Below, in pieces: positions 1 through 9,279 of a DNA stretch of 36,396 bases. The translations under genes were made by a program, and so were the position numbers. This stretch comes from Novosphingobium sp. Its GTDB lineage: Bacteria > Pseudomonadota > Alphaproteobacteria > Sphingomonadales > Sphingomonadaceae. The notes below the pieces were generated by a model. That model saw only the letters and a program-made list of their open reading frames with translations. It had not been told where the DNA came from and made no database searches. The stretch is from positions 1-36,396 of the forward strand of contig JADYXV010000020.1 of NCBI GenBank assembly GCA_020853995.1, given 5' to 3'. Within the stretch, counting starts at the first letter, position 1. Each line of letters begins with the position of its first letter.

Positions 1-2037
1 CACTTTCCAGCCGTCAACGACCTTGCCGGTCAGGTTCAGTTCCGCACCCTTCACATCAACGCGGTCAATGTTCGAAACCACGCGCAACAGGCCGAAGCTG
101 CCGACGAAGAATTCGAAGAACTGCATGTCGTTGACCTGGGTGTAGTACCCGGCAAGATCATAAGTGATGCGGCCATCGAACACTTCACCCTTGATGCCCG
201 CTTCAAACGCGCTTGATTTTTCTTTGCGATACAAGTCGTTGATCGTCACGCCAGCATTGATGAACTGGTTGAAGTTGGCGTTCACCACAGCGGCAGAGCC
301 CTGGTTGTTGAAGCCGCCCTATTTGAAGCCGATGCCCCAGTTGGCATAGATGTTCAGTTCCGGCGTCGGGTGGAAGCTGGCCGTGATCTTGGGCTGCAAC
401 TGCTTGAACGTGGCGCTTTGCGGGGTGAATGCGCCAAACGCCAGACCGGGGTTGATCGGCCCGCCGGTGAATGGATCAAGCACGTTGGGCACCAGCGAAT
501 TGGCCTCGCGGTCCTCGATGTCATAACGCAAGGCAAGCCCTGCGCTGAACACATCGGACGGCTTCCATTCCGCCGCACCGAATGCTGCATAGACATTGGT
601 GTTGAATTCATCGGCCAGCAACAGCGAAGTCGGGTTGCTGCTGTTGGGTGCGTTATACAGCTGCTTGATCACGCCCGCGCCGGTATCTGCGCCAAGGCTG
701 ACACCGGTCTTGCGATCGATATGCAGGTAATAAGCGCCCAATTGCCATGTCAGCGGGCCATCATCGTTTGATAGCAAGCGCACTTCTGCGCTGTAATCGG
801 TCTGTTCGCGCAGCTGGTACTGCGTACCGTCGCACGTCGTCGGGCTGTATGGTCCGAAGGTGGAGCCGTTGGCCGGTGCGAAGATGAACGGCACAGGGAT
901 CTGGCCAATCGCGCCGGGCTGGTTGACGGGGAATCCGGTAAGCGCCGCCGTGCTCGCAAAGCAGCTGGCAACCGAGCTGTTCACCGCAGCATTCGCGTTG
1001 CTGATGTAGCGCGCAAAGTCGGCCGAAGTGCCATCGGCAACAAGGTCTTGCTTGACGTCAGAATAGAGGCCCCAGGCAACCAGCTTCATGCCATTGCCGA
1101 ATTCATGATCAAGTTTGGCCGAAACGTCGAAGCTTTTCTGGTCGTTCGTCGCACGGATGTTGTTCGAGAATGCGAACGGGTGCTTGTTGATGTCCTCATA
1201 AAACGCAGGGTTTACAGCGCCAAACAGTGGCAAGTGGAACGCGGCGTTGAAAGGCAGCGATGCACCGCTGAACTTCGAATAGCGCGCCTTGACGTCAAGT
1301 TGCGTCGCAGTGCCCTGACCCACCATGATCCGGCCATCAACCGCCCAGCTTTCCTTGTCGTCCACTGTCTTGGAATTGTTCAGGAACGTATTGCGCCACC
1401 AGCCATCGGTGGTGAAGTAATAGCCAGACAGCACGAAGCCGACATTGTCACCCAATGGTCCGGCGACATGGCCGGTTGCTTCGACCGTGGCTTCATTGGC
1501 GTAAGACGCGCGGATAGCGCCGGTCAGCGTATCGGTCGGCTTTTGCGTTTGCAGAACAATGGCACCTGCCGCAGCGTTGCGGCCATAAAGCGCGCCTTGC
1601 GGGCCTTTGAGGATTTCGACCTGCGTCAAAGTGCCCTGTGGCTGGTTCAATTGCGCGGTATTGGTCTTCAAAATGCCATCGACCACCAACGCGACCGAGC
1701 TTTCCGCATCGCGCGCGCCATTGATACCGCGAATGTTGATCTGTGTGTCGCCCGCTTCGGCAGTGCCGGTAACAATGGTCACACCGGGGGTGAGCTGCGC
1801 AAAATCATCAGCCTTGTTCGCGCCGGTGTTTTGCAGCGCTGCTGCGGTCAAGACCGCAACCGAGGCAGGTACATCCTGCAACCGCTCATTCTGGCGACGC
1901 GCGGTGACGATGATGGCATCGCCTTCATCTTCGGCAACTGCGGTGTCCTGCGGCGCTTCCTGCGCGAAGGACGGTAATGCGGCAGCGAGCAGAAGGACCA
2001 GTGCCGATGACGTGATTAAAAGACGGCTAGCACGCAT
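1..2037 (-). pseudogene. TonB-dependent receptor interrupted by an in-frame TAG at 321-319 (nonsense mutation or sequence error); runs off the left edge
   Basis: ATG at 2037 after GGAGG. Signal peptide, IIVTARR TonB box and plug motif VEILKGPQGALYGRNAAAGAI. The frame stays open and receptor-like after the TAG (GFK*GGFNNQ...SSAFEAGIKG...YDLAGYYTQ) to base 1. Confidence 0.8.
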
Positions 2038-2139
2038 TCTCAAACCTCCCTGTTGGTTCGATTACGTTGGAAATCTTTTTCAAAGCGCATGCGAGGCAAC
2101 CCTCAGCCCGACACGCACTCTTGCGAGGTTAGCAGTGTA

Positions 2140-2149
2140 TTGTATACAA
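2140..2149. promoter_or_regulatory. Perfect palindrome TTGTATACAA, candidate GntR/FadR-type operator in the divergent promoter region
   Basis: 10-bp perfect palindrome in an AT-rich intergenic region. A degenerate copy TTGAATACGA lies at 2249-2258, next to TTGACA at 2260-2265. Confidence 0.5.
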
Positions 2150-2356
2150 AGCACTGTGGTCAAGGTGGTAGAAAACATGCACCAACGTGCAGGTTTCGGC
2201 CCCAACTCAAATGGCTGCACAATCTTGGTACGGTTTCGATTTGGTTTTTTGAATACGAATTGACATTTTTCACACAATTCTGGTGAGAGCGATGAACTTC
2301 CGGCACACCCCCACTTCGGCGATTTCATCGGCCCCGTCTCCGGCAAGGGCGCCCGC

Positions 2357-3268
2357 GTGAACAGGTCCATCACCTTTCTCGAAGTTGGCCCGCGTGACGG
2401 GTTGCAGAACGAGAAGGCGCTTGTCTCCACCGCGGACAAGCTGGAATTGATCCGTCGCAGCATTGATGCAGGCGCATCCCGGATCGAGGTGACCAGCTTC
2501 GTCAATCCCAAGCGCGTGCCGCAAATGGCCGATGCCGAAGATGTTTGCGCAGGGCTGCCCAAGGTGGACGGCGTCAGCTACATCGGGCTGGTGCTGAACG
2601 CCAAAGGGGCCGAGCGCGCGATTGCCACAGGCACCCTGCACGAACTGGGCGCAGTTTGCGTTGCCACCGACAGTTTTGCGATCGCCAACCAGGGCCAGAC
2701 CAGCGACGAATCAGTGGATGCAGCCAAAGCGATCATCGCGATGGCGCAGGCTGCAGGCCTGAAGGGTCAGGTTACCATTGGCGCATCATTTGGCTGCCCC
2801 TTCGAAGGCGAGGTGAGCGAGGATCGCGTCGTGGCCATGGCCGTCGCGCTGGCGCAAGCCAACCCTATCGAGGTGGGCCTTGCCGACACCATCGGCGTTG
2901 CCGATCCGGCGCACGTCTCGCGCCTTGTCCGCCGCGTGGTGGAAGCCATCGCGCCGGTCCCGGTGCGCGTCCATTTCCACAACACACGCGGCACCGGCAT
3001 CGCCAATGTCTGGGCCGCAGTTGAGGCCGGCGCAAGCGTGGTCGACGCTGCTTTGGGCGGCCTTGGCGGCTGTCCGTTTGCACCGGGCGCTGCAGGCAAT
3101 GTGTCAAGCGAGGACGTGGTTTACATGCTGGGCCGCGCAGGCGTGGCAACCGGCATGGACCTTGGCAAAATGATCGAAACCAACCGCTGGCTTGCCGATG
3201 TGATGGGCCGCAAACTTCCCGGAATGGTGGCGCAAGCGCCCGCTTTCCCGAAATCTGTTCAGGAGTAA
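2357..3268 (+). CDS. Hydroxymethylglutaryl-CoA lyase family (DRE-TIM metallolyase; could be a citramalyl-CoA-type lyase)
   Basis: EVGPRDGLQNE, HFHNTRG and GLGGCPFAPGAAGNV motifs. Confidence 0.92.
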   Translation: MNRSITFLEVGPRDGLQNEKALVSTADKLELIRRSIDAGASRIEVTSFVNPKRVPQMADAEDVCAGLPKVDGVSYIGLVLNAKGAERAIATGTLHELGAVCVATDSFAIANQGQTSDESVDAAKAIIAMAQAAGLKGQVTIGASFGCPFEGEVSEDRVVAMAVALAQANPIEVGLADTIGVADPAHVSRLVRRVVEAIAPVPVRVHFHNTRGTGIANVWAAVEAGASVVDAALGGLGGCPFAPGAAGNVSSEDVVYMLGRAGVATGMDLGKMIETNRWLADVMGRKLPGMVAQAPAFPKSVQE

Positions 3269-3274
3269 CACCCG

Positions 3275-5323
3275 ATGGGCTATCGCCTTGGCGTCGATGT
3301 CGGCGGCACTTTCACCGATCTGCTGCTGTTCGATACATCCAGCAGCGCGTTCTGGCGGCACAAGCCGCCATCGACCCCGCACGACAGTTCGGAAGGCATC
3401 CTTAACGGGGTGAACGCGATCTGCGCCAAGGCCGGAATCGGTGCGGGAGACATCGACTATTTCCTGCACGGCACCACCGTGGCCACCACTGCCGTGCTGG
3501 AAGGCAAGGGCGCGAAGGTCGGTCTGGTCGCCACCGAGGGCTATCGCCACATCATGCAGATTGCGCGCAGCTTTGTGCCGGGCGGGCTTGCCGGATGGAT
3601 CATCTGGCCCAAGCCACAGCCGCTGGCTGCGTTGGAAGATACCGTCACGATCAAGGGCCGCATGGATGCCGAAGGCAACGAACTGCGCCCGATTGATGAT
3701 GCCGACATCCGCACGCAGCTTTCGGCGCTCAAGGCCAATGGCGTTGAAGCGATTACCGTCAGCCTGATCAACGCCTATACCAACGGCGCGCACGAAAAGC
3801 GCGTGGGCGAACTGGCGGGCGAAATCATGCCGGGCGTTCCGGTATCACTCAGCCATGAAGTCCTGCCCGAAATGCAGGAATACGAACGCACGCTGACCAC
3901 GGTTGCCAATGCTGCGGTGCGCCCGATTGTGGGCAAGTACGTGTCAAACTTGCGCTCGCGCCTTGCCGATGCCGGGATGAACGGCAAGCTCTCGCTGCTG
4001 CGTTCAGATGGCGGATTGATGAGCGCGCAGAAGGCCGAAGAGCACCCCGTCAACATCCTCATGTCAGGGCCTGCGGGCGGCGTGACGGGCGCGATCTGGG
4101 TGGGCCGCAATGCCGGGATCAAGAATATTCTGACGCTCGACGTCGGCGGCACCAGCACCGACGTTGCGCTCATTGAAAACCTCGAAGCGCGCCGCCAGCG
4201 CACCACCGAGGTAGGCCACCTTTCCGTCCGCGCCTCTGCACTTGACGTCAAAACCGTCGGCGCAGGCGGCGGATCAATCGCTTATGTTCCTGAGCTGACA
4301 AGAGCCCTTCGGGTCGGGCCACAAAGCGCAGGAGCAGTGCCGGGGCCGGTCGCCTATGGAAAAGGCGGCACGTTGCCCACTGTAACCGACGCCAACGTTG
4401 TGTTGGGTTACCTTCCCGAGAATCTCCTCGGCGGCACATTCAATCTTGATCGTGAAGGCGCGAAGAAGGCGGTGCAGACCATCGCCGATGCGCTCGGGAT
4501 CGACCTGATGGCCGCCGCGCGCGGGATCATCGATATCGTCAACGAAAACATGTTCGGCGCGCTGCGCATGATCTCGGTCCAGCAAGGCTATGACCCGCGC
4601 GATTTTGCGCTGATGGGCTTTGGCGGAGCGGGTCCGCTCCACGTCAACGCCGTGGCCCGCCTGATGGGATCGTGGCCAGCCATATCACCTGTCAGCCCCG
4701 GCGTGCTGTGTGCTTTGGGCGATGCCACCACGCGCATGCGCACCGAAACCGCGCGTTCGTTCAGCCGCCTTGCCACGCAGACGCAAGCCGCAGACCTGAT
4801 CGCCATCCTTGACGAAATGGCCGCACAGACCCGCGCCGATCTGCTGGCAGATGGCGTGCCCGAAGACGAGATCACCACCGCATTCGAAGTGGACGTGCGC
4901 TATGCCGGACAAGCCTTCGAAGTGCCGCTGACGATCACCGCCGATGTGCTGACCAGTGATGGCATCGCCGGAATCCTTGCGCGCTTCGATGCCGAACACA
5001 AACGCCTGTTCACCTTCAACATGGACACCCCGCACGAGATCGTGAACTTGCGCGCCGTCGCCATGGGCCGCGCGCTCGATCTGCCTGCTGCCCCGCTGGA
5101 ACAGGGTGACGGCAATCCCATCGCCGCCAAAATGCGCGATCACACCTTGTGGATGGACGGGCGCGAACAGGCCGCCGTGATTTATGATCGCGCCAAATTG
5201 CGCGCCGGAGACGTGATCCCCGGCCCGGCCATCGTATGTGAAATGGATTCGACCACGCTGATCGAATCCGGCTGCACCGGCACTGTCGACGCCGTCGGCA
5301 ACATCCTGATCCATCTGGCCTGA
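3275..5323 (+). CDS. Hydantoinase A / 5-oxoprolinase family, ATP-binding subunit
   Basis: GVDVGGTFTD, SGPAGG, DVGGTSTD, GAGGGS, GPQSAGAVPGP and PTVTDAN motifs. Confidence 0.93.
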   Translation: MGYRLGVDVGGTFTDLLLFDTSSSAFWRHKPPSTPHDSSEGILNGVNAICAKAGIGAGDIDYFLHGTTVATTAVLEGKGAKVGLVATEGYRHIMQIARSFVPGGLAGWIIWPKPQPLAALEDTVTIKGRMDAEGNELRPIDDADIRTQLSALKANGVEAITVSLINAYTNGAHEKRVGELAGEIMPGVPVSLSHEVLPEMQEYERTLTTVANAAVRPIVGKYVSNLRSRLADAGMNGKLSLLRSDGGLMSAQKAEEHPVNILMSGPAGGVTGAIWVGRNAGIKNILTLDVGGTSTDVALIENLEARRQRTTEVGHLSVRASALDVKTVGAGGGSIAYVPELTRALRVGPQSAGAVPGPVAYGKGGTLPTVTDANVVLGYLPENLLGGTFNLDREGAKKAVQTIADALGIDLMAAARGIIDIVNENMFGALRMISVQQGYDPRDFALMGFGGAGPLHVNAVARLMGSWPAISPVSPGVLCALGDATTRMRTETARSFSRLATQTQAADLIAILDEMAAQTRADLLADGVPEDEITTAFEVDVRYAGQAFEVPLTITADVLTSDGIAGILARFDAEHKRLFTFNMDTPHEIVNLRAVAMGRALDLPAAPLEQGDGNPIAAKMRDHTLWMDGREQAAVIYDRAKLRAGDVIPGPAIVCEMDSTTLIESGCTGTVDAVGNILIHLA

Positions 5324-5336
5324 CGGAGAGCGAACA

Positions 5337-7223
5337 ATGCCTGCAACCATCATCCAGACCAACGCCACCCCCTTCAACCGCGTCCCCATCGATCCGGTCA
5401 CGCTCGACATTATGGAAAACGCGCTGCGCAACGCGCGCATCGAAATGGACGCAACCTTGGTGCGCACCGCGATGTCGCCCGGCATCCGCGAACAGGGCGA
5501 TGCGTTTCCGCTGATCGCCGATCATACCGGCAAGATGATCGTCGGCCAGTTCGGCAGCTTCATCGGCGGCTTCCTCGATAACTATGCCGGGACGCTGGAA
5601 GACGGCGACATGATCTTCCTGTCCGATCCCTATTCGGTCGGCGGCGCGGTCAGCCATTCCAACGACTGGCTGGTGCTCCTGCCGGTGTTCAAGGACGGAC
5701 GGTTGATCGCCTATACCTCGATGTTCGGCCACCAGTCCGATATCGGCGGCAAAGTTGTCGGTTCCATGCCGATCAACGCCCATTCGATCTTCGAGGAAGG
5801 CGTGCGCATTCCGCCGGTAAAGATCTGGAAGAAGGGCGAATATAACGAAGACCTCGTCCGCCTTGTGATGCACCAGACGCGCAAGCCCGATTGGTGCGCG
5901 GCCGATCTCAACGCCCTGATCGCATCGTGCCGCGTGGCCGCGCGCCGCGTGATCGAAATGGCCGAGCGGTTCGGCGATGACGTCTATGTTTCGGCCACGC
6001 AGGAACTGCTTGCGCGCAATCACCGCGCGATGAAGTCCTTGATCGGCATGGCGATTGCGCAAGAGCCAGTCAGCTTTGAAGACTATATCTGCGATGATGG
6101 CATGGGCTTTGGCCCCTACAAGATCAAATGCACGATGTGGCACGAAGATGGCCGCGTGGTGCTCGATTTCACCGGCACCGATCCGCAATCGGTCGCCTCG
6201 ATCAATTTCCTGCTGAACGAGAACATGTTCAAGATGTTCTTCGGCATTTACATGATCATGGTGTTCGATCCGCAGATCCTGTTCAACGACGGGTTCTATG
6301 ATCTGATCGATGTGCGCATCCCCGAAGGATCGCTGCTCAAGCCCAAATTCCCTGCCGCGCTCTCGGGCAGAACCCATGCGCTGGGCCGCATTTTCGATAT
6401 TCTGGGCGGATTGCTGGGGCAAAAGACCCCGGAATTCCTCAACGCGGCCGGTTTCTCGTCAAGCCCGCACCTGTTCTATTCGGGCAATGATGAACGCCCC
6501 GGCAAAAAGGCCGAATGGTTCCAGCTGTTCCAGATCGGCTTTGGCGGCGTGCCCGGACGGCCGATGGGCGACGGTCCTGACGGCCACTCGCTGTGGCCGG
6601 GCTTTACCAACGTGCCCAACGAATTCCTCGAACGCTATTTCCCGATGGTGATCGAACGCTACGAATGCGAACCCGATTCGGGCGGTGCAGGCCTGCATCG
6701 CGGCGGCAACGGCATCCGCATGACCTATCGCTTCCTGTCCAAGGGCACGATCGCCATCCATGATGACCGCTGGTTCGTGCCACCATGGGGCGTAAATGGC
6801 GGTGAACCGGGAGCGCGGGCGCGCAAGATCCTTGAAAAGGCCGATGGCACGCAGATCATCGTCGGCAACAAGGTGGAAGACGTTGAAGTGGAAGCGGGCG
6901 ACCAGTTGCACTTCATCACCTGGGGCGGCGGCGGCTGGGGCGATGCTCTGGCGCGCGATCCGGCGCTCGTGGGCCTCGAAATCCGGCAGGGCCTGATCAC
7001 GGCAGAAGGCGCAAAGGCCTATGGCGTGATCGCCGATGCTCACGGTACGGTCAACGCAGAGGCCACCGAGGCCTTGCGCACCGAACTGCGCAACACTCGC
7101 GGCGAACTGCCGCTGTTCAATTACGGGCCGGGCATTGAAGCCCTGCGCGCCAATTGCGAAGCGGAAACCGGCCTTCCCGCGCCGATCCAGCCCGAATGGC
7201 CGCTTCTCGAAGCGGCGGAGTAA
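5337..7223 (+). CDS. Hydantoinase B / 5-oxoprolinase family, metal-binding subunit
   Basis: SPGIREQGD, HSNDW, HQSDIGG, EEGVRIPP, DSGGAGLHRGG and GGGGWGD motifs. RBS GGAG upstream. Confidence 0.93.
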   Translation: MPATIIQTNATPFNRVPIDPVTLDIMENALRNARIEMDATLVRTAMSPGIREQGDAFPLIADHTGKMIVGQFGSFIGGFLDNYAGTLEDGDMIFLSDPYSVGGAVSHSNDWLVLLPVFKDGRLIAYTSMFGHQSDIGGKVVGSMPINAHSIFEEGVRIPPVKIWKKGEYNEDLVRLVMHQTRKPDWCAADLNALIASCRVAARRVIEMAERFGDDVYVSATQELLARNHRAMKSLIGMAIAQEPVSFEDYICDDGMGFGPYKIKCTMWHEDGRVVLDFTGTDPQSVASINFLLNENMFKMFFGIYMIMVFDPQILFNDGFYDLIDVRIPEGSLLKPKFPAALSGRTHALGRIFDILGGLLGQKTPEFLNAAGFSSSPHLFYSGNDERPGKKAEWFQLFQIGFGGVPGRPMGDGPDGHSLWPGFTNVPNEFLERYFPMVIERYECEPDSGGAGLHRGGNGIRMTYRFLSKGTIAIHDDRWFVPPWGVNGGEPGARARKILEKADGTQIIVGNKVEDVEVEAGDQLHFITWGGGGWGDALARDPALVGLEIRQGLITAEGAKAYGVIADAHGTVNAEATEALRTELRNTRGELPLFNYGPGIEALRANCEAETGLPAPIQPEWPLLEAAE

Positions 7224-7228
7224 CCATA

Positions 7229-8437
7229 ATGACTTCCAACGATTCCGGCAACAATCCCGGAGCCCTGCGCGATATCCGCGTCGTCGAACTCGGCCAGCTT
7301 CTCGCAGGTCCCTTCTGCGGCCAATTGCTGGGCGATATGGGTGCCGATGTGATCAAGGTGGAACCACCCGTAACCGGTGATCCCATGCGCGATTGGGGCC
7401 AAGGCGCGGAAAAAGTCCAATGGGAAGTGATCGCGCGCAACAAGCGCTCGGTCAGCGCCAATTTGCGCGTGCCCGAAGGTCAGGCCTTGGTGCGCAAGCT
7501 GATCGCCCACGCCGATGTGCTGATTGAAAACTTCAAGCCCGGCACGATGGAAAAGTGGGGCTTGGGGCCAGACGTATTGCTCGCCGAACACCCAGGCCTG
7601 ATCATCGCGCGCATGTCGGGCTATGGCCAGACCGGCCCCTATTCCGACCGTGCAGGTTTTGGCGGCATTGGCGAGGCGATGGGCGGTTGGCGCTATATCG
7701 TGGGCGAACCCGACCGCGCGCCCAGCCGCATGGGCGTTTCCATCGGCGATACCCTGACCGCGACCTATGGTTGCATGGGTGTGCTGGCCGCGCTGCACGA
7801 ACGCGACCGTTCGGGCCGTGGACAGGTGATCGACGCCGCGCTTTATGAATCGGTGTTGCAAGTGATGGAAGGCCTCGTGCCCGAATATGATCGCACGGGT
7901 TATATCCGCGAACGCTCCGGCTCGGTCCTCAAAGGCATCGCCCCGTCCAACGTCTATTCGTGCAAGGACGGCGAATTCATGATCGGGGCGAACAAGGATT
8001 CGCTGTGGAAGCGCCTTGCCACCGCCATGGACCGCGAGGAACTGGGCGATGATCCGCGCTATGCCACGCACCTTGCGCGTGGTGAAAATCAGGACGAACT
8101 GGACGACCTGATCAACGCCTGGACCCGCACCCTGACGATGGATCAGGTCGACGCCCTGATGATCGAACACTCCATCCCCGCAGGCCGCGTCTACCGCGCG
8201 CCCGACATGCTGGAAGACCCGCACTTCCGGGCGCGCGAGGCGATCATCGAGGTGGAAACCGAACGCTTCGGCCCGCTGAAAATGCAGTCCAGCTTCCCCA
8301 AACTCTCCGCCACCCCCGGTTCCGTCCGCCGCCCCGCGCCATCGGTCGTCGGCCAGCACAACGCCGAAGTTTACGGCGAATTGCTGGGGTTGGGCGAAGC
8401 GGAACTGGCCGCGATGGCGCAACAGGGCGTGATTTGA
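7229..8437 (+). CDS. CaiB/BaiF family (class III) CoA-transferase
   Basis: LAGPFCGQLLGDMGADVIKVEPP, RNKRS, ENFKPG and SGYGQTGP motifs. ATG at 7229 follows the upstream stop. Confidence 0.93.
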   Translation: MTSNDSGNNPGALRDIRVVELGQLLAGPFCGQLLGDMGADVIKVEPPVTGDPMRDWGQGAEKVQWEVIARNKRSVSANLRVPEGQALVRKLIAHADVLIENFKPGTMEKWGLGPDVLLAEHPGLIIARMSGYGQTGPYSDRAGFGGIGEAMGGWRYIVGEPDRAPSRMGVSIGDTLTATYGCMGVLAALHERDRSGRGQVIDAALYESVLQVMEGLVPEYDRTGYIRERSGSVLKGIAPSNVYSCKDGEFMIGANKDSLWKRLATAMDREELGDDPRYATHLARGENQDELDDLINAWTRTLTMDQVDALMIEHSIPAGRVYRAPDMLEDPHFRAREAIIEVETERFGPLKMQSSFPKLSATPGSVRRPAPSVVGQHNAEVYGELLGLGEAELAAMAQQGVI

Positions 8438-8475
8438 GGCCGCGGGTGGGTTTTTGCGGCACCGTTGCCATTGTG

Positions 8476-8505
8476 GCTATAACCAGCTATATATCTGGTT
8501 ATAGC
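8476..8505. promoter_or_regulatory. Inverted-repeat operator of the toxin-antitoxin operon, overlapping a putative promoter
   Basis: GCTATAACCAG-N8-CTGGTTATAGC (28 of 30 positions palindromic). TTGCCA at 8465-8470, TATATA at 8488-8493, RBS AGGAGG at 8506-8511. Confidence 0.75.
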
Positions 8506-8515
8506 AGGAGGCTTT

Positions 8516-8818
8516 ATGACCAACGCCGCGCAGAACCGTGCATTGAAAAACTATCGGGACCGTCTGATCGAACGCGGCATGGCGCGGTTCGAAGTGATGG
8601 GGCTCGATATGGATCGGCAACTCATCCGCGCCTTGGCCCGTCAATTGGCCGAAAACGGCCCCGAAGCAGATAAACTGCGTTCTGTTGTCAGCCAGAGCAT
8701 CGGCGCACCTCCACCCAAACAGGGCGGCATCCTCGCCGCGCTACGCCGCTCGCCACTAGTTGGGGCCGATCTGGACACCACCCGGCCCATGACCGATGGG
8801 CGGACAGTTGAATTGTGA
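8516..8818 (+). CDS. Putative antitoxin of a type II TA pair
   Basis: 100 aa with a strong RBS. Its stop overlaps the start of the PIN gene (GTGA). Confidence 0.75.
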   Translation: MTNAAQNRALKNYRDRLIERGMARFEVMGLDMDRQLIRALARQLAENGPEADKLRSVVSQSIGAPPPKQGGILAALRRSPLVGADLDTTRPMTDGRTVEL

Positions 8819-9243
8819 GCCGCTTCCTGCTCGATACCAACATCATCAGCAATATCACAAAGCCCGTCCCTTCCGCATCATTGCTGACATGGATGGCCGC
8901 GCAAACCGATGACAGCCTGTTTATTACGGCGCTGACCGTGGCAGAGATATGGCGCGGCATTCTCGAAATGCCCGCAGGCAAACGCCAGCGTGAACTTGCA
9001 GACTGGTTTCAGAGCGCAGAAGGCCCGCAGCATCTGTTTGCAGGGCGCGTATTGGCGTTTGACGATAAGGCCGGATTGATATGGGCGCGGCTCATGGCTG
9101 AAGGCACAGCGCAAGGGCGTCCCCGTAGCGCGCTTGATATGGTCATCGCGGCTGTAGCTGAAGCCCACAGTTGCACGGTCGTGACCGACAACGAACGCGA
9201 TTTCGCGGGACTTGCATTCATCAACCCGCTGCGCACCGCCTGA
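8815..9243 (+). CDS. vapC: PIN-domain VapC-family toxin
   Basis: FLLDTNIIS, TVAEI, DMVIAAVA and VVTDNERDF acidic PIN motifs. Confidence 0.9.
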   Translation: MSRFLLDTNIISNITKPVPSASLLTWMAAQTDDSLFITALTVAEIWRGILEMPAGKRQRELADWFQSAEGPQHLFAGRVLAFDDKAGLIWARLMAEGTAQGRPRSALDMVIAAVAEAHSCTVVTDNERDFAGLAFINPLRTA

Positions 9244-9279
9244 GGGCGAGCACCGAGTGACCGCCCTGAACCGGTTACC

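Noticed and set aside
319-321. Genetic-code reassignment or pyrrolysine at the TAG
   Set aside because: It is a single case at a Ser-type position, no pyl genes are present, and xth appears to end at TAG normally.
1048-8422. Long opposite-strand ORFs (e.g. 1048-1977 +, 5016-6422 -, 7121-8422 -)
   Set aside because: They are shadows of well-supported genes in GC-rich DNA and carry no recognisable motifs.
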